This document shows, in pieces, positions 63,212 to 64,000 of a DNA stretch of 64,000 nt. The stretch spans positions 992,001 through 1,056,000 of the forward strand of contig CAVYKI010000009.1 of NCBI GenBank assembly GCA_963769025.1. The letters are read 5' to 3'. The stretch comes from an uncultured Verrucomicrobiae bacterium. Its GTDB lineage: Bacteria; Verrucomicrobiota; Verrucomicrobiia; Chthoniobacterales; Chthoniobacteraceae. The position numbers and the translations under genes are program-made. Positions within the stretch are counted from its first letter, which is position 1. Each line of letters begins with the position of its first letter. Below the pieces are notes generated by a model, which had not been told where the DNA came from, ran no database searches, and was given only the letters and a program-made list of their open reading frames with translations.

Positions 63212-64000
63212 ATGGCACAGGCACGCGCCCGTTCCGACGCCGAGGTTTCGCTCTTTCCGTTCCTGAGCATCCTCGTTTGCCTCATCGGCTCGCTCGTGCT
63301 GCTGATCGTCATCATGACCATCGTGCAGTCACGGATGGGCGACGGACGCACGCCGCAGGAGATGGACCGGGCCGTCGAGGCGCTGAAGCTGAAGAAGGAA
63401 ATCGCAGAGCGCGAGAAGCAGCTCGAACAGCTCAAGAAGGATTCGCCCGCCGCCGCAAACAAGGACGCGCTCCAGCAGAAGCTGGCCGCCATCGTCACGC
63501 TCCGGAAGGAACTCGCCCTCGGGGAGGACGCGCGGAAGACGAACAAGGAAATGAGCGCCGAGCTGCAAAAGAAACTCGAGGACATGCTCACCCAGCTCGC
63601 GGAAATGGCGAAGGAGAAGCCGCCTATCGACAAGGAGATCGCAAGGCTGAAGGCCGAACTCCTCGCTCGAAACAAGAAGCCTGACGACAAGCCGCCTGCG
63701 ATCATCGTCCAGGCCGGTGGCACCGGGACCTCGGCGAATGTGCGCCTCCATTTTGTGGAATGCAGCGCCGCGGGCATCGTGATGCACAAGAGCCTGACGG
63801 AGCAGGTGCGAATCACCTCCGCGAGCATCGGCGTGGATCCCGCCTACAACGCCTTCCTCGACGAGGCGCGCAAACAGCCGAACAGCATGATCCTCTTCCT
63901 CCTCCGCGACGACGGACTGGGCACCTACAACCGGGCCGCCGGATGGGCTGAGGGACAGTTCAACCTGCGCATCGGCAAACTCCCGCTGCCTGGCAAGGGC
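63212..64000 (+). CDS. ExbD/TolR-like single-TM partner with coiled-coil insert (partial; runs off the window)
   Basis: MAQARARSDAEVSLFPFLSILVCLIGSLVLLIVIM, coiled coil, FLLRDDG...Y; frame open to the window end. Confidence 0.6.
   Translation, partial: MAQARARSDAEVSLFPFLSILVCLIGSLVLLIVIMTIVQSRMGDGRTPQEMDRAVEALKLKKEIAEREKQLEQLKKDSPAAANKDALQQKLAAIVTLRKELALGEDARKTNKEMSAELQKKLEDMLTQLAEMAKEKPPIDKEIARLKAELLARNKKPDDKPPAIIVQAGGTGTSANVRLHFVECSAAGIVMHKSLTEQVRITSASIGVDPAYNAFLDEARKQPNSMILFLLRDDGLGTYNRAAGWAEGQFNLRIGKLPLPGKG

Noticed and set aside
61853..64000. Zorya (ZorA/ZorB) anti-phage system
   Set aside because: No OmpA-like peptidoglycan-binding domain or TM Asp is visible in the partner, and no zorC/D/E lies in the window.

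Overview
A GC-rich 64-kb chromosomal window whose gene content points to a PVC-superphylum bacterium, most likely Verrucomicrobiota (inference from DUF1592/DUF1552 and DUF1501 loci, DUF1080, DUF5069 and PQQ-like beta-propellers). It holds about 55 genes. These include housekeeping genes (glgC, can, cysS, tpiA, pgk, leuB, panD, thiH/thiS, a PhoH-family ATPase, an hddC-gmhA-gmhB heptose cluster, a YjhG/YagF dehydratase) and many PVC-type secreted proteins. Many genes, including cysS and tpiA, carry single-base frameshifts that look like long-read consensus errors. I saw no rRNA, tRNA, CRISPR array, integrase or transposase, but three unrelated REP/REPIN-like inverted-repeat elements are present. 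The most interesting locus is about 8.7-12.7 kb. There a SigK-like ECF sigma factor converges on a small soluble protein made of an anti-sigma-like N-terminal domain fused to a cysteine-less LOV-like PAS domain. That gene has an ECF-type promoter motif and lies divergent from an FeS-BCP photolyase, a fasciclin and a decayed Dps, making it a candidate flavin light/redox-controlled sigma switch. Other leads are an MglA-like GTPase lacking both catalytic residues next to a roadblock-domain fusion, a zinc-ribbon MotA/TolQ protein paired with an ExbD-like partner lacking the essential Asp, and a secreted Tudor-knot-like protein. All family calls come from motif recognition by eye; no database searches were run.
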